Source of the DNA: an uncultured Gemmatimonadales bacterium
GTDB lineage: Bacteria; Gemmatimonadota; Gemmatimonadetes; Palauibacterales; Palauibacteraceae
Direction: 5' to 3'
Assembly (NCBI GenBank): GCA_963783385.1
Contig: CAWANJ010000002.1
Span: 348,739 to 412,738 of the forward strand
Length of the DNA stretch: 64,000 nt
Both the position numbers and the translations under genes were made by a program. How positions within the stretch are numbered: position 1 is the first letter of the stretch; every line of letters starts with the position of its first letter. A model generated the notes under the pieces. That model had not been told where the DNA came from. It made no database searches and was given only the letters and a program-made list of their open reading frames with translations. Shown here piece after piece: positions 50,826 through 61,800 of the stretch.

Positions 50826-52259
50826 TCAGTCGAGCGCCACCCACACGCTCTTGGTCTCCGTGTACTGCTCCAGGGCGTACCGGCCCAGGTCGCGTCCGAA
50901 GCCCGACTGCTTCACGCCCCCGAACGGCGAGGCCGAGTCGTAGCGGTTGTAGGTATTCACCCACACGGTCCCGGCCTGGACCTCGCGCGCGAAGCGGTGC
51001 GCCTTGCCCACGTCCCGCGTCCACACACCGGCGGCCAGCCCGTAGATGGTCTGGTTGGCCTGCCGGATCGCGTCCTCGACGCCTTCGAACTCGAGCACGG
51101 CGACCACCGGGCCGAAGATCTCCTCGCTGGCGATCTTCATGCCAATGTCCACGTCGTCGAACACGGTCGCCTCGACGAAGTAGCCCCGTCCGTCCACCGA
51201 GGCGGCCTCGCCCCCGGCCCGCAGCGTCGCGCCCTCCTCGCGGCCGGCCTCGATGTAGGAGAGCACCCTGTCGCGCTGCTCCTTCGAGACGAGGGCGCCC
51301 AGGCGGGTCTTGGGGTGCGTGGGATCCCCGGGCACCATCTTCGCCGTGCGCTCGAGGAGCTTCTCCATGAAGGCGTCCTTGACCGAGCGCTCCACGTACA
51401 GCCGGGAGCCGGCCGCGCACACCTCGCCTTTGCCGTAGAAGATCCCGGTGGTCGCGCCCCGCGCCGCCGCGTCCAGGTCCGCGTCCGCGAACACGACGTT
51501 GGGCGACTTCCCGCCCAGCTCGAGGGTGACGTTCTTCACGGTGGCGGCCGCCTCGCGCATGATGAGCTTCCCGGTCTCCACCGAGCCCGTGAACGAGATC
51601 TTGTCGACGCCCGGGTGCTCGACCAGCGCCTGGCCGGTCACGGGCCCGCGGCCGGGGATCACGTTGAGGACGCCGGCGGGGATGCCGGCCTCCAGGGCCA
51701 GCTCCCCCAGGAGGAGGGCGGTGAGCGGCGTCTCCTCGGCGGGCTTGAGGAGGACCGCGTTTCCGCACGCCAGGGCCGGGGCCACCTTCCAGGCGGCCAT
51801 CGACAGCGGGAAGTTCCACGGGATGATGGCTCCCACCACCCCCACCGGCTGGCGCAGCGTGTAGTTGAGGAAGGGGCCCGACACCGGGATCGTCTCGCCC
51901 CCCAGCTTGTCGGCCCACCCGCCGTAGTAGCGGAAGTTCTGCACCACGGAGGGCAGGTCCACCTTCGCGGACTCGAAGGACGGCTTGCCGTTGTCGAGCG
52001 TCTCGACCTCCGCCAGCTCCGCGGCGCGCTCCTCCAGGAGGTCGCCCAGCCGCCACAGGAGGAGGGAGCGCGCGTGCGGGTCCAGGTCGCGCCACGCCGG
52101 CAGGGCCTCCCGGGCGGAGCGCACCGCGGCGTCCACCTGGTCGGGGCCGGCCTCGTGCACCTCGGCCAGGGTCTCCTCCGTGGCCGGGTTGACGTCGGTG
52201 AAGCGATCCGCGCCCTCGACCCACTCGCCCCCGATGAGCAGCTTGGTCCTCAGCTCCAT
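50826..52259 (-). CDS. aldehyde dehydrogenase
   Basis: PWNFP, FTGS, LELGGKS, GEVCAAG, EEIFGP and PFGGVKQSG. Confidence 0.94.
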   Translation of the reverse strand: MELRTKLLIGGEWVEGADRFTDVNPATEETLAEVHEAGPDQVDAAVRSAREALPAWRDLDPHARSLLLWRLGDLLEERAAELAEVETLDNGKPSFESAKVDLPSVVQNFRYYGGWADKLGGETIPVSGPFLNYTLRQPVGVVGAIIPWNFPLSMAAWKVAPALACGNAVLLKPAEETPLTALLLGELALEAGIPAGVLNVIPGRGPVTGQALVEHPGVDKISFTGSVETGKLIMREAAATVKNVTLELGGKSPNVVFADADLDAAARGATTGIFYGKGEVCAAGSRLYVERSVKDAFMEKLLERTAKMVPGDPTHPKTRLGALVSKEQRDRVLSYIEAGREEGATLRAGGEAASVDGRGYFVEATVFDDVDIGMKIASEEIFGPVVAVLEFEGVEDAIRQANQTIYGLAAGVWTRDVGKAHRFAREVQAGTVWVNTYNRYDSASPFGGVKQSGFGRDLGRYALEQYTETKSVWVALD

Positions 52260-52268
52260 CGCCTTCCT

Positions 52269-52308
52269 TCCATCCCTGTGACGCTCACCGTCCATCCCTG
52301 TGACGCTC
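52269..52308. repeat. 18-bp direct repeat x2, period 22
   Basis: TCCATCCCTGTGACGCTC at 52269 and 52291. Confidence 0.85.
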
Positions 52309-52324
52309 CGGCGTGGCGCCCCGG

Positions 52325-53113
52325 TCAGATGCCCGTGAACTCCGGCTTGCGCTTCTCGACGTAGGCCGAGAGGCCTTCCTTGGCGTCCGAGGACTGGAAG
52401 AGCTGCTGCTGGAGCTCGCGCTCGATGGCCAGTCCCGCCGAGAAGGGCACCTCGCAGCCGCTGCACACGGCGCGCTTGATGCGGCCCACGGCCTTGGAGG
52501 CGCGGTGGGGCGGGGTGAAGCCGCGCGCGTACTCCAGCACCTGGTCCATGAAGCCCTCGGCCTCGAACACCTTGTTCACCAGGCCCATCTCCTGCGCCTC
52601 ATCGAACCCGAACGTGCGGCCCTCGGCCATGAGCTCGATCGCCTTCGACTTGCCCAGCAGGCGCCCGAGCCTCTGCGTGCCGCCCGTGCCCGGCAGCACG
52701 CCCAGGGTGACCTCGGGGAGGCCGATCTTGCCCCCGTCCTTCCTGGCGATCCTCAGGTCGCAGGCCAGGGCGATCTCCAGACCGCCGCCGACGGTGTGGC
52801 CGTTGAGGGCCGCGATGACCAGCATCGGGCTCTGCTCGAGCCGGTTCAGCGTCTCGTTGGCGTGCAGGCAGAAGAAGTACTTGAAGTGGGGGTCGGCCTG
52901 CTGGAGCATCCGGATGTCGGCGCCGGCCGAGAAGAACTTGTCGCCGGCCCCGCGCAGCACCAGCACGTGGACGTCCTCGTCGAAGCGGGCCGCGAGGATG
53001 GCCTCGTCCAGCTGCAGCATCATCTCGTGCGTGTACGTGTTGGCCGGCGGGTCGTCCAGCGTGATGACGCCGACTCCGTCCGTGGCCTCGTAGTGGATCA
53101 GCTTGTCCGCCAT
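52325..53113 (-). CDS. enoyl-CoA hydratase/isomerase
   Basis: FSAGADI, GGGLEIALACD and GLPEVTLGVLPGTGGTQRL. Confidence 0.9.
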   Translation of the reverse strand: MADKLIHYEATDGVGVITLDDPPANTYTHEMMLQLDEAILAARFDEDVHVLVLRGAGDKFFSAGADIRMLQQADPHFKYFFCLHANETLNRLEQSPMLVIAALNGHTVGGGLEIALACDLRIARKDGGKIGLPEVTLGVLPGTGGTQRLGRLLGKSKAIELMAEGRTFGFDEAQEMGLVNKVFEAEGFMDQVLEYARGFTPPHRASKAVGRIKRAVCSGCEVPFSAGLAIERELQQQLFQSSDAKEGLSAYVEKRKPEFTGI

Positions 53114-53334
53114 CCTGGGCTCCCTGTTCGCGTTCGATGCTTCGTTCCCGTCGGGTCCTCGTCGCGTGGCCGTGGCCCGGGGTGGTCGATGAAACCGTGG
53201 GTGTGCAGACGCGGTGCCAGCGCGGCGGACCATGCCCGGAGTCGGCTGGCCCGAAAGTAGGGCGACGCCCGCGCCGGCGACAGGATGACGGCGTCACGCT
53301 TGGCTTCCGGGCTGGCCGGGGTTAGCGTGAGGCC

Positions 53335-54705
53335 ATGCTCTCACGATCGGTGGATCCGTTCGGGTCCCGCGACGGGCGCGATTTCCTCGTGCGCTCCGTC
53401 CTCTCCGCGGTGCTGGCCCTATGCTGGCCGGCGCTCGCGGTCGCCGCGCCGCCGCCGGCCTCCGTCGCCGCGCCGCCCGCCGGCGACACGGTCGTCGTGC
53501 TTCCGGTCCGCGGACCCATCACGCTCGGGCTCGTCCCCTTCGTGAACCGCGTGCTGCGCGAGGCGGCCTCCTCGAAGGCGGCCGGCGTGCTGCTGGAGAT
53601 GGACTCGCCGGGCGGGCGCCTGGACGCCGCGTGGGACGTGGCCACCGCCATCCGCGACGCCGACGTCCCCGTGTGGGCCTACGTGGAGGGACGGGCCCTG
53701 GGGCCGGCGGCCCTCGTGGCGCTGTCGGCGCGCCGCCTGTACGTGGGGCCGGCCGCGGTGGTGGGAGACCTGGGCCCGAAAGGATCCGCCGGGGACCGGG
53801 CGGCCGACGCCGTGGGCGCCGAGCTGCGCTCGCTGGCCGAGGCGCACGGATACGATCCGTCCGTCACGGGCGTCGGTCCGGGCACCCTGACGGCCACCGA
53901 GGCCGTCCGGGCCGGGGTGGCGTCGGGCCCGGCGGACGGAATGCCGTCGGTGCTGGCCGCGGTCGGCGTCCCCGGGGCGCCCGTGCGCACCGCCTCGCCG
54001 GGGTGGTTCGACCGGACGGTGACCTTCCTGGCGGCGCCGCTCCTCGCGCCCGTCCTCCTGGCGCTCGGCTTCCTGGGGCTGCTGGTCGAGATCAAGCACC
54101 CGACGCTGGGAGCGGCGGCGGGTCTGGGCGTCGTGTCGCTGATCCTGTTCTTCGGCTCCCGCTACCTGGTGGAGCTGGCCGGGACAACCGACCTGCTGCT
54201 GGTGGGCTCCGGCGTGGTGCTGATCGGGCTCGAGGTCTTCGTCGTGCCCGGCCTCGGGGTGCCGGGGGTGCTGGGGCTCGCGGCCCTCCTGGCCGGGACG
54301 TTCCTCAGCCTGCTCGGCCACTTCCCGACCGGCTCCGACATGCTGCGGGCCAGCGGACTCGTGGCCACCGCGGCGCTCCTCGTCCTGGCCCTGGCCTACG
54401 CGGTCGTCCGGCACATCCCGCACAGCCGCGCGCTCGGGATGCTGGGGGCTGCCGACGAGGGCGGCCGGGCCGCCGGCATCCTGGCCTCGACGCGCCGGGA
54501 GGACCTGGTCGGCGTGGTGGGCGAGGCCCTCACGGACCTCCGTCCGGCGGGGACCGCCGCCTTCCGGGGCGAGAAGCTGGACGTGGTCAGCGAGGGCCCC
54601 TTCATCGAGCGCGGCACGCCGGTCGTCGTGGTGCGCTCGGAGGGCTACCGGCACGTGGTCCGCGCCGCCGGGGAGACCGCGCCCTCCGCCGGGCCGACCG
54701 CCTGA
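53335..54705 (+). CDS. NfeD-family membrane protein (YqeZ-like)
   Basis: DSPGG ClpP-like domain, TM bundle and C-terminal TDLRPAG OB domain; precedes floA. Confidence 0.85.
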   Translation: MLSRSVDPFGSRDGRDFLVRSVLSAVLALCWPALAVAAPPPASVAAPPAGDTVVVLPVRGPITLGLVPFVNRVLREAASSKAAGVLLEMDSPGGRLDAAWDVATAIRDADVPVWAYVEGRALGPAALVALSARRLYVGPAAVVGDLGPKGSAGDRAADAVGAELRSLAEAHGYDPSVTGVGPGTLTATEAVRAGVASGPADGMPSVLAAVGVPGAPVRTASPGWFDRTVTFLAAPLLAPVLLALGFLGLLVEIKHPTLGAAAGLGVVSLILFFGSRYLVELAGTTDLLLVGSGVVLIGLEVFVVPGLGVPGVLGLAALLAGTFLSLLGHFPTGSDMLRASGLVATAALLVLALAYAVVRHIPHSRALGMLGAADEGGRAAGILASTRREDLVGVVGEALTDLRPAGTAAFRGEKLDVVSEGPFIERGTPVVVVRSEGYRHVVRAAGETAPSAGPTA

Positions 54706-54750
54706 ACCGAAGTCGAACAGCATCCTACCGATAGAGGAGGAACGGATTCC

Positions 54751-55734
54751 ATGGATCCAGCCGCGATGCCCATCCTGATCCTGGTGCTCGCCTTCATCGT
54801 CCTGAGCTTCGTGTTCTGGGCGGTCCCCATCCGCCTGTGGATCGCCGCCATCTCGGCCGGAGCGCCGGTGGGGATCGGGGAGCTGGTGGGCATGCGGCTG
54901 CGCAAGGTGAGTCCGCGGGCGATCGTTCCGCCGCTCATCACGGCCACCAAGGCCGGCCTCGGCCTGACCACCAAGGAGCTCGAGACGCACTTCATGTCGG
55001 GCGGGAACGTGGAGCGGGTGGTCACCGCGCTGGTGAGCGCCGACAAGGCCAACATCGACCTCCCCTTCCAGCAGGCGGCCGCCATCGACCTGGCAGGGCG
55101 CGACGTGCTCGAGGCCGTGAAGGTGTCCGTAAACCCCAAGGTCATCCAGACGCCCAAGGTGGCGGCCATGGCCAAGGACGGGATCCAGCTCATCGCGATC
55201 GCGCGGGTCACCGTGCGCGCCAACGTGAACCGCCTGGTGGGTGGGGCCGGGGAGGAGACCATCCTGGCGCGGGTGGGGGAGGGGATCGTGAGCACGATCG
55301 GTTCGAGCGAGAGCCACAAGCAGGTGCTCGAGAACCCCGACCGGATCTCCAAGACCGTCCTGCAGAAGGGGCTCGACTCGGGGACCGCCTACGAGATCCT
55401 CTCCATCGACATCGCCGACGTGGACGTGGGGAAGAACATCGGCGCCGAGCTCCAGACCCACCAGGCGGAGGCCGACAAGCAGATCGCCCAGGCCAAGGCC
55501 GAGGAACGGCGCGCCATGGCCGTGGCCCTGGAGCAGGAGAACCGGGCCCGGGTCGAGGAGATGCGGGCCGACGTCGTGAAGTCGGAGGCCGAGGTACCGC
55601 GCGCCATGGCCGAGGCGCTGCGGAACGGCAACCTGGGCGTCATGGACTACATGAAGTACCTGAACGTGCGGAGCGACACGCGCATGCGCGACGCGCTCGC
55701 GGGCGGCGAGGACGCCGAGCGGCCGGCCGGTTGA
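54751..55734 (+). CDS. floA: flotillin-like protein FloA (YqfA)
   Basis: [37 protein letters not shown] and GNLGVMDY. Confidence 0.93.
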   Translation: MDPAAMPILILVLAFIVLSFVFWAVPIRLWIAAISAGAPVGIGELVGMRLRKVSPRAIVPPLITATKAGLGLTTKELETHFMSGGNVERVVTALVSADKANIDLPFQQAAAIDLAGRDVLEAVKVSVNPKVIQTPKVAAMAKDGIQLIAIARVTVRANVNRLVGGAGEETILARVGEGIVSTIGSSESHKQVLENPDRISKTVLQKGLDSGTAYEILSIDIADVDVGKNIGAELQTHQAEADKQIAQAKAEERRAMAVALEQENRARVEEMRADVVKSEAEVPRAMAEALRNGNLGVMDYMKYLNVRSDTRMRDALAGGEDAERPAG

Positions 55735-55738
55735 GCCG

Positions 55739-56308
55739 ATGAGCGGGCTCGTCGTCTGGCTGATCATCATCGTGTTCTTCGTGTCCATGAACCGGGTGTT
55801 CGGGGCGGTGGGCCGGGGCATGACCGGCGAGGAAGGGACGGAGGAGGGCGGCGGCCCCGGTCCGGGCGGGCGCTCCGGCTCCGGCAGTCGCGGGTCGCTC
55901 CGGCAGGAGCTCGTGCGGCAGCTCGCCGAGGCCGCCGAGCGCGAGGCGCGCGCCCGCTCCGGAGAGCGGCAGGAGAGCGAGATCCGCTGGAGGCCGGGGC
56001 TGGGCGGCGGGGCCCCGCTCGGGGTGGCGACCGGCGGACGGCCGGAGGAAGGGGAGCGGCGCTGGCGGAGGGGTCGGGGCCGGGAGCCTGGAGGTCGGCT
56101 GGGGCCCGCTCGCGAAGTCCCGGTCGGCCGGCGCCGTCGCGGGCGGGCCGTCGCCGCCGGGGCAGGTCTCGCCGCCGGGTCCGGGCGCGCCGCGACCCTG
56201 CCGGCGTGGCCCGAGCGAACGGCGCTGCAGCGAGCGGTCCTGTACGAGGCGATCCTGGGTCCCCCGCTGTCGCTGCGGGGAGAGCGGGAGGGGCCGCTGG
56301 GGCCCTGA
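55739..56308 (+). CDS. YqfB-like protein
   Basis: N-terminal TM, C-terminal LQRAVLYEAILGPPLSLR; third gene of the nfeD-floA operon. Confidence 0.65.
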   Translation: MSGLVVWLIIIVFFVSMNRVFGAVGRGMTGEEGTEEGGGPGPGGRSGSGSRGSLRQELVRQLAEAAEREARARSGERQESEIRWRPGLGGGAPLGVATGGRPEEGERRWRRGRGREPGGRLGPAREVPVGRRRRGRAVAAGAGLAAGSGRAATLPAWPERTALQRAVLYEAILGPPLSLRGEREGPLGP

Positions 56309-56320
56309 CTCCGGGCGCCG

Positions 56321-58062
56321 GCGTCTCCGCGGAGACGCGGGGTGTCGCGAACCGTCCCCATGGGGGCGGTCTCCCGACATGGACCCGCTCCCCAGGCTCC
56401 GCTCCCGGCCCGGGCAGGGGGCTCTGACAGCCGTCAGGGTCGCACGCCTCTACAGCCCCGCTTCCGTGGCCCGGAACCACACGTCGTCGGGGACGTCGCG
56501 CTCCCACTTCCAGCGAGCGCAGGCTGTGAGGGGTCCCGGATCGGCGCCGTGGAGGCGGTTGGCGCGGACGAGGGCGCTTAGCCGGGCCGCCGGGGTGGGG
56601 GCCGGGCCGGAGCGCGGCGGTCCTGGCGCCTTGCCCGTGCGCTGCGAGCCGCTCCGGTGCGTCTTCGCTCGCCGTCCCGCGCCCGGCACGACAGCCCCTC
56701 TTCCCGCTCCGCGTCCAGGTGCACGCCGCCGCGCGGGTCCCGGAACACGGCCCGGCCCTTCCCCCACCACTCGAGCCGCCAGCCGCCCTCGTGGACGAGC
56801 CGGTGGTGATAGCGGCACAGGAGGACGCAGTTGTCCAGGCTGGTCTCGCCGCCGTCCGCCCAGTGGGTGACGTGGTGGGCGTCGGTGAAGCGGAGGCCGC
56901 AGCCCGGGAAGCGGCAGCCGCGGTCGCGGACCTCGAGCGCCCGGCGCAGCGCCGGCGGGATGGTGCGGGTGCGGCGGCCCACGGAGAGGACGGAGCCGGC
57001 GGGGGCCGGGGCGCCAGGCGCCGGCCCGCGACTCGAGCCGCTCGCCGGCTCATGCGGTGGGACGTGGGTCACCCGTATCAACGCGGCGTCACAGGCGAGC
57101 CGGCGGGACGTCTCCGCGGAGACGCGGGTGCCGTCCTCGAGCTCGGAGCGGCCGGACTCCCGGTCCTCGGACAGGGTGTCCGCGTCCACGTGCAGCAGCA
57201 CCTGGTAGCGCTCGGCCCGGGTGCCGCTGATCGGACGCTCGGAGGCGGAGGCTCCGCTCCCGTCCGCGGCTTCGTCCTCGCCGCGAGTCCCGAACCCCGC
57301 CGCCAGCGCCCGCTCGGCCAGGAGCCCGAGAGCGTCGGCCCGCCGGCGGGCCGCCTCCCGGCCGGTGTCCGGCTCGGCGCGGCACGTCCCCGCGGGGACG
57401 TGCGCGGGCGGTTCCGCGGAACCGCCGGTGGCCGCGTCCGCCTCCGGGGCCCGGGACCGCTCCTCGCCGTCCGCCTTCCGCTCCTCCCTGTAGAGCGCGT
57501 CGCTGGCCGCCTCGATCGCCCGCATGAGGAGGGCGCCGACCTCCGGCTCAAGCCGGCCCCGGATGACGTACATGCCCTCGTCGTCGGGGAACACCGAGAG
57601 CCGCCGCAGGCGGCGGACCTCCTCGGCCCGGGCCGCCTCGTCCTGGCGGCTCCCCCTCTTCCAGGCGCGCACCACGCGCTCGAGCCGGGCGGCGGTCACC
57701 CCCTCGGCCAGCTCCAGCAGGTCGGCCTCGCTCTCCGGGTCGGCCACGCGGGTCAGGGCGCGCACCTTGGAGAAGGAGAGCCGGCCCCGGCTCATGGACG
57801 CGCTCGTCTGGGGGAGCTCCTCCAGCGCCCTCGCCACCCGCACGTGCTCGCGCGCCGTGCGCGGGTCCATGCCGGTGCGCCACGCCAGCCACTCGGCGCA
57901 GCCCCGGTGGCCGGCCGCCTCCCAGCCCCCGAGCCGGTCGAAGCGGGCGATCAGGGTGAGCAGCCGGTGGGTGGCCGCGTGGATGTGGGCCGCCAGGGTG
58001 GCGATCTCGTCGCCGAGCTCGTCGAGGAGGTCGGGGTCGGGTGACGTCCCCGCGGAGACGTC
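56321..58062. repeat. family of five CCGCGG-centred palindromes
   Basis: 56321-56338, 57109-57124, 57382-57403 and 57407-57426 are perfect; 58043-58062 has one mismatch. Confidence 0.8.
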
Positions 58063-58134
58063 TCCGGCCGCTCGGCCCCGCTCCCCATACTCGACCTCCG
58101 CCACCTCCCGCAGCGCCAGCACCGTCGCTCCCAT
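56450..58134 (-). CDS. DUF222 plus HNH endonuclease (likely frameshift near 56700; annotated ORF stops at 56578)
   Basis: CAEWLAWRTG, LSFSKVRALTRVA, RDRGCRFPGC...DAHHVTHWADGGET.LDNCVLLCRYHH. Confidence 0.85.
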
Positions 58135-58532
58135 CGTCCGCCTCCCATCCCGCACCCACGCCCCGGCCCTCCGGGCCCCGCCACGAGGCCCGAAAGGCCC
58201 CGTAACTCGTACCTCTCCAATATAATCGGCCGATTTCCGGCCTCCGGAGGCGGCGGCTGCGGGATCAACGGCGGGCTGGAGGAGGCGCGAAGGGGAGGGG
58301 CGGGCCGGCGGCCGGGAGAGGGGGCGTCAGGGTGGGCGAGGGGCACCTGAGGAGCGGGGTCCGGCCCTCAGCTCGACCGTCAACGGAATCCTGTCAAGGC
58401 CCCACCGACCAGTTGAATGACCGGCCGGTCCCGGCCCCCACTCGATTTCGAGCCGTCCGGCCGGTGCGCCCTTCGACCTCGAGCCGAGCCGCCGGTTCGA
58501 TCACCGCCAGGGATCATGGGGCGGGCGACGCA

Positions 58533-58778
58533 TCACTCCAGGTCGTCCAGAAACAGCGAGCGCGGAGGCCGTGTCGGTCGTGAGGACCGGCTCCCGTCCA
58601 GCAGCCGCTGGAGCTCCTCCGCGCTGAGCTCGAAGGGATCGTCGATCCGGGGCGGCGGCGTGACCCGGACCTCCTTCCCGTCGTTCCCGCGCAGCGGCCG
58701 GAACGTCCACGCGCTGTCCGAGAGGTCCCGGATCTCCCAGCCGCCGCCGTCACGGTCCCGGAACTTGCGGTAGCCCAC
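58533..58778 (-). CDS. small hypothetical protein
   Basis: GGAGGAGG RBS before GTG; YRKFRDRDG..WE...ELSAEELQRLLD. Confidence 0.7.
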   Translation of the reverse strand: MGYRKFRDRDGGGWEIRDLSDSAWTFRPLRGNDGKEVRVTPPPRIDDPFELSAEELQRLLDGSRSSRPTRPPRSLFLDDLE

Positions 58779-58821
58779 GGCCGCACCTCCTCCTGTCGCC
58801 CTCGCGCCCCGGTCCCGGGCC

Positions 58822-61800
58822 TCAGCCGCCGGCCGGGTCCGTGCCGGCCGGCCCCGATGCCTCCGCCGGCACCACCACCGGCGGCACGCCGTAGCGGCGC
58901 AGGAGCTCGTTGAAGCCCGACACGCCGTCGGTGAGGGCCCGCTCGACCTCGGCCCGGATCGGCTCAAGCTCGGCGTTCAGGTCCGCGAAGCGCGTCCTCG
59001 AGCCCTCGCTGGGCCGCCCGTACGCGTCGTGGATGTGTCCGTACAGGAAGTCGAAGTGGTTGTCGATGCGGGGCGGGTAGTTGATCCCGTCCTCGCCCGT
59101 GCGGATGGTGTCGTTGTGGAGCTCGCCGGCCAGCGACGACAGCGTCGACCGCAGGGAGTCGGCCGCCATCTTCACCCGGCTGTTCACCGAGTCGGGGAAG
59201 TCGCCGTGCGCCACGCGATCCGAGGCCTGCCCCACCTGCTCGCGCGCCGAGCGCAGGGCCCGCACCGCGTCGTGGATGGCGGTGACCGAGTCGCGGACCT
59301 GGGTGGCCAGGTCGAACTCGGCCTGCAGGTCCTCCGGGGTCACGTCCGTGTAGCGCGGGTCCTTGCGCACGTCGAAGCTCCGGTCGAGGCTCCAGCCGTC
59401 GCCCTTCACCCGGACCGTGTAGGTGCCCGGGACGGCCCACGGCCCACCCGTGTAGCCCAGGTCCATGACCGCGCCCTTCACCAGGTGGGGGCCCGGGTAG
59501 TGGAGGTCCCACTCCAGCCGGTTCTCGCCGGCGTGGAGGTCCAGGGAGTGCGTGGCCCAGGACGCGAAGTCCCCGCTCTCCGCCGCGGCGCCGCTCTGGC
59601 CCGCGGTCGCGAAGTCGCTCTCTTCGCCGCCTTCGGACGACCCGGCGCCTCGGCCCGAGCGGCCCTTCCGGGCGGTCGACCAGCGCGCCGCCACCCGGCC
59701 CTGCGGGTCCACGACCTCCATGCTCACCTCACCGGCCGGCGCACTCGCCAGGTACAGGTCGAACACGGCCGGCCCCGGCGGCGACTCGGGCGCCTCGGAG
59801 CCGCGGAAGCCGCGGAAGCTGGCGCGGTAGGCGGGGCGGGGCTCGAACAGGTAGTGATCGGCCTTCGCCACCGCGCCGGTGAGCTGCCGGAGCGGGGTCA
59901 CGTCGTCCAGGATCCAGAAGCTCCGCCCCTGGGTGGCCAGCACCAGGTCCGAGCCGTGCACCGTGAGGTCGGTGACCGGCACCGGCGGCAGGTTCTGCTG
60001 CAGCGTCTGCCAGTGGGCCCCGTCGTCGAAGGAGACGTACATCCCGAACTCGGTGCCCGCGTACAGCAGCCCCGCCCGCACCGGGTCCTCCCGCACCACC
60101 CGCACCGGGTCTCCCGCCGGGATGCCCCGGGTGCCGTCGGCGATCCGGGTCCAGTGGGCCCCCCAGTCCTTCGTCTCGTAGACGTAGGGATGCCAGTCGT
60201 CCATCCGGTAGCGGTAGGCAGTGACGTACGCCTGGCCCGCCTGGTGGGGCGAGGGGGCGATCACGTTGACGGTGGAGTAGGCCGGAAGCCCCGGGGGCGT
60301 GACGTCCTTCCAGGTCTTGCCCCCGTCGCGCGTCAGGTGCACGAGCCCGTCGTCCGAGCCCGCCCACAGCACGTCCGGCGACTCGGTCCCCTCGGCCAGC
60401 GCGAAGATCGTCCCGTAGATCTCGACGCCCGTGTGGTCGTGCTGCACGGGCCCGCCCGGGATCGCCTGCGTGGTGGTGTCGTGGCGCGTGAGGTCGGGGC
60501 TGATGGCCGTCCACGTGCGGCCCTCGTCCGTGCTCTTCAGCAGCACCTGGGCGGCGTGGTAGACGACGCTGGAGTCGAACCTCGACATGAGGATGGGCGC
60601 GTTCCACTGGAACCGGTACTTGAGGTCCTTGGGCGCCACCCCGTCGGTGAGCTCGGGGTAGGCGATCACGTCACGCACCTTGCCCGTGGTGCGGTCCACC
60701 CGGTCGATCACGCCCAGGTAACTTCCCGAGTAGACCAGGTCCGGGTGGTCGGGGTCGAGCGCGAGGTAGCCGCTCTCGCCGCCCGCCAGGTCCAGCCACT
60801 GCGTCTGCGGCGAGATGCCGCCGCTCGACCAGGCCGGCACGCTGATCGTGCCCAGGTCCTGCTGCGCGCCGTACAGGCGGTAGGGAAAGCCGTTGTCGAC
60901 GGTCACCCGGTAGAACTGCGCCGTGGGCTGGTTGAGGAGCGTCGACCACGTTTTCCCGCCATCCGTGGTCACGTGCGCGCCGCCGTCGTTCCCCTCGATC
61001 ATCACCTTCGGCTCGGAAGGGTCGATCCACAGCGAGTGGTTGTCGCCGTGCCGGGTGCGCACCCGCTGCCACGTCTTCCCCGCGTCGTCCGAGCGCCAGA
61101 AGCCCACGTTGGGGATGTAGACGGTGTTCGGGTCCTGCGGGTCGGCGATGATGCGCGAGTAGTACCAGCCGCGCTGGGTGAGCTCGTGGTCGGAGCTCAC
61201 GTGCCTCCAGCTCTTCCCGGCGTCGTCCGAGCGCCAGATGCCGCCGTCTGGCTCCTTCGCCGTGATCACCGCGTACACGCGGTCCGGGTCGGCCGGCGAC
61301 ACGGCCACCCCGATCTTCCCGAGGAGGCCGTCCGGCAGGCCGCCCGAGAGCTTCGTCCAGTGGTCTCCGCCGTCGGTGGACTTCCAGATGCCGCCCTCGC
61401 GGGAGCCGTCCACGATCGTCCATGGCTTGCGCTCGGATGTCCACGCGGCGGCGTACAGGACCCGGGGGTTGTCGGGATCCATCGACAGGTCGGCCACCCC
61501 GGTCGAGTCGGAGATGAACAGGACCTTCTTCCAGGTCGTCCCGCCGTCCTCGGAGCGGAACACGCCGCGGGTCGGGTTGGGGCCGAAGGGATGGCCGAGG
61601 GCGGCCACGTACACGCGGTCCGGGTCGTTCGGGTCCACCCGCACGGCCCCGATCGACCCGGCGTCCTCCAGGCCCACGCGGGTCCACGTCTTCCCGGCGT
61701 CGGTCGACCGGTACAGCCCGTCGCCGGTCGACACGTTGCCGCGCCACGCCCACGAGCCGGTGCCCACGTACACGACGTTGGCGTCCGAGGAGGCCACGGC

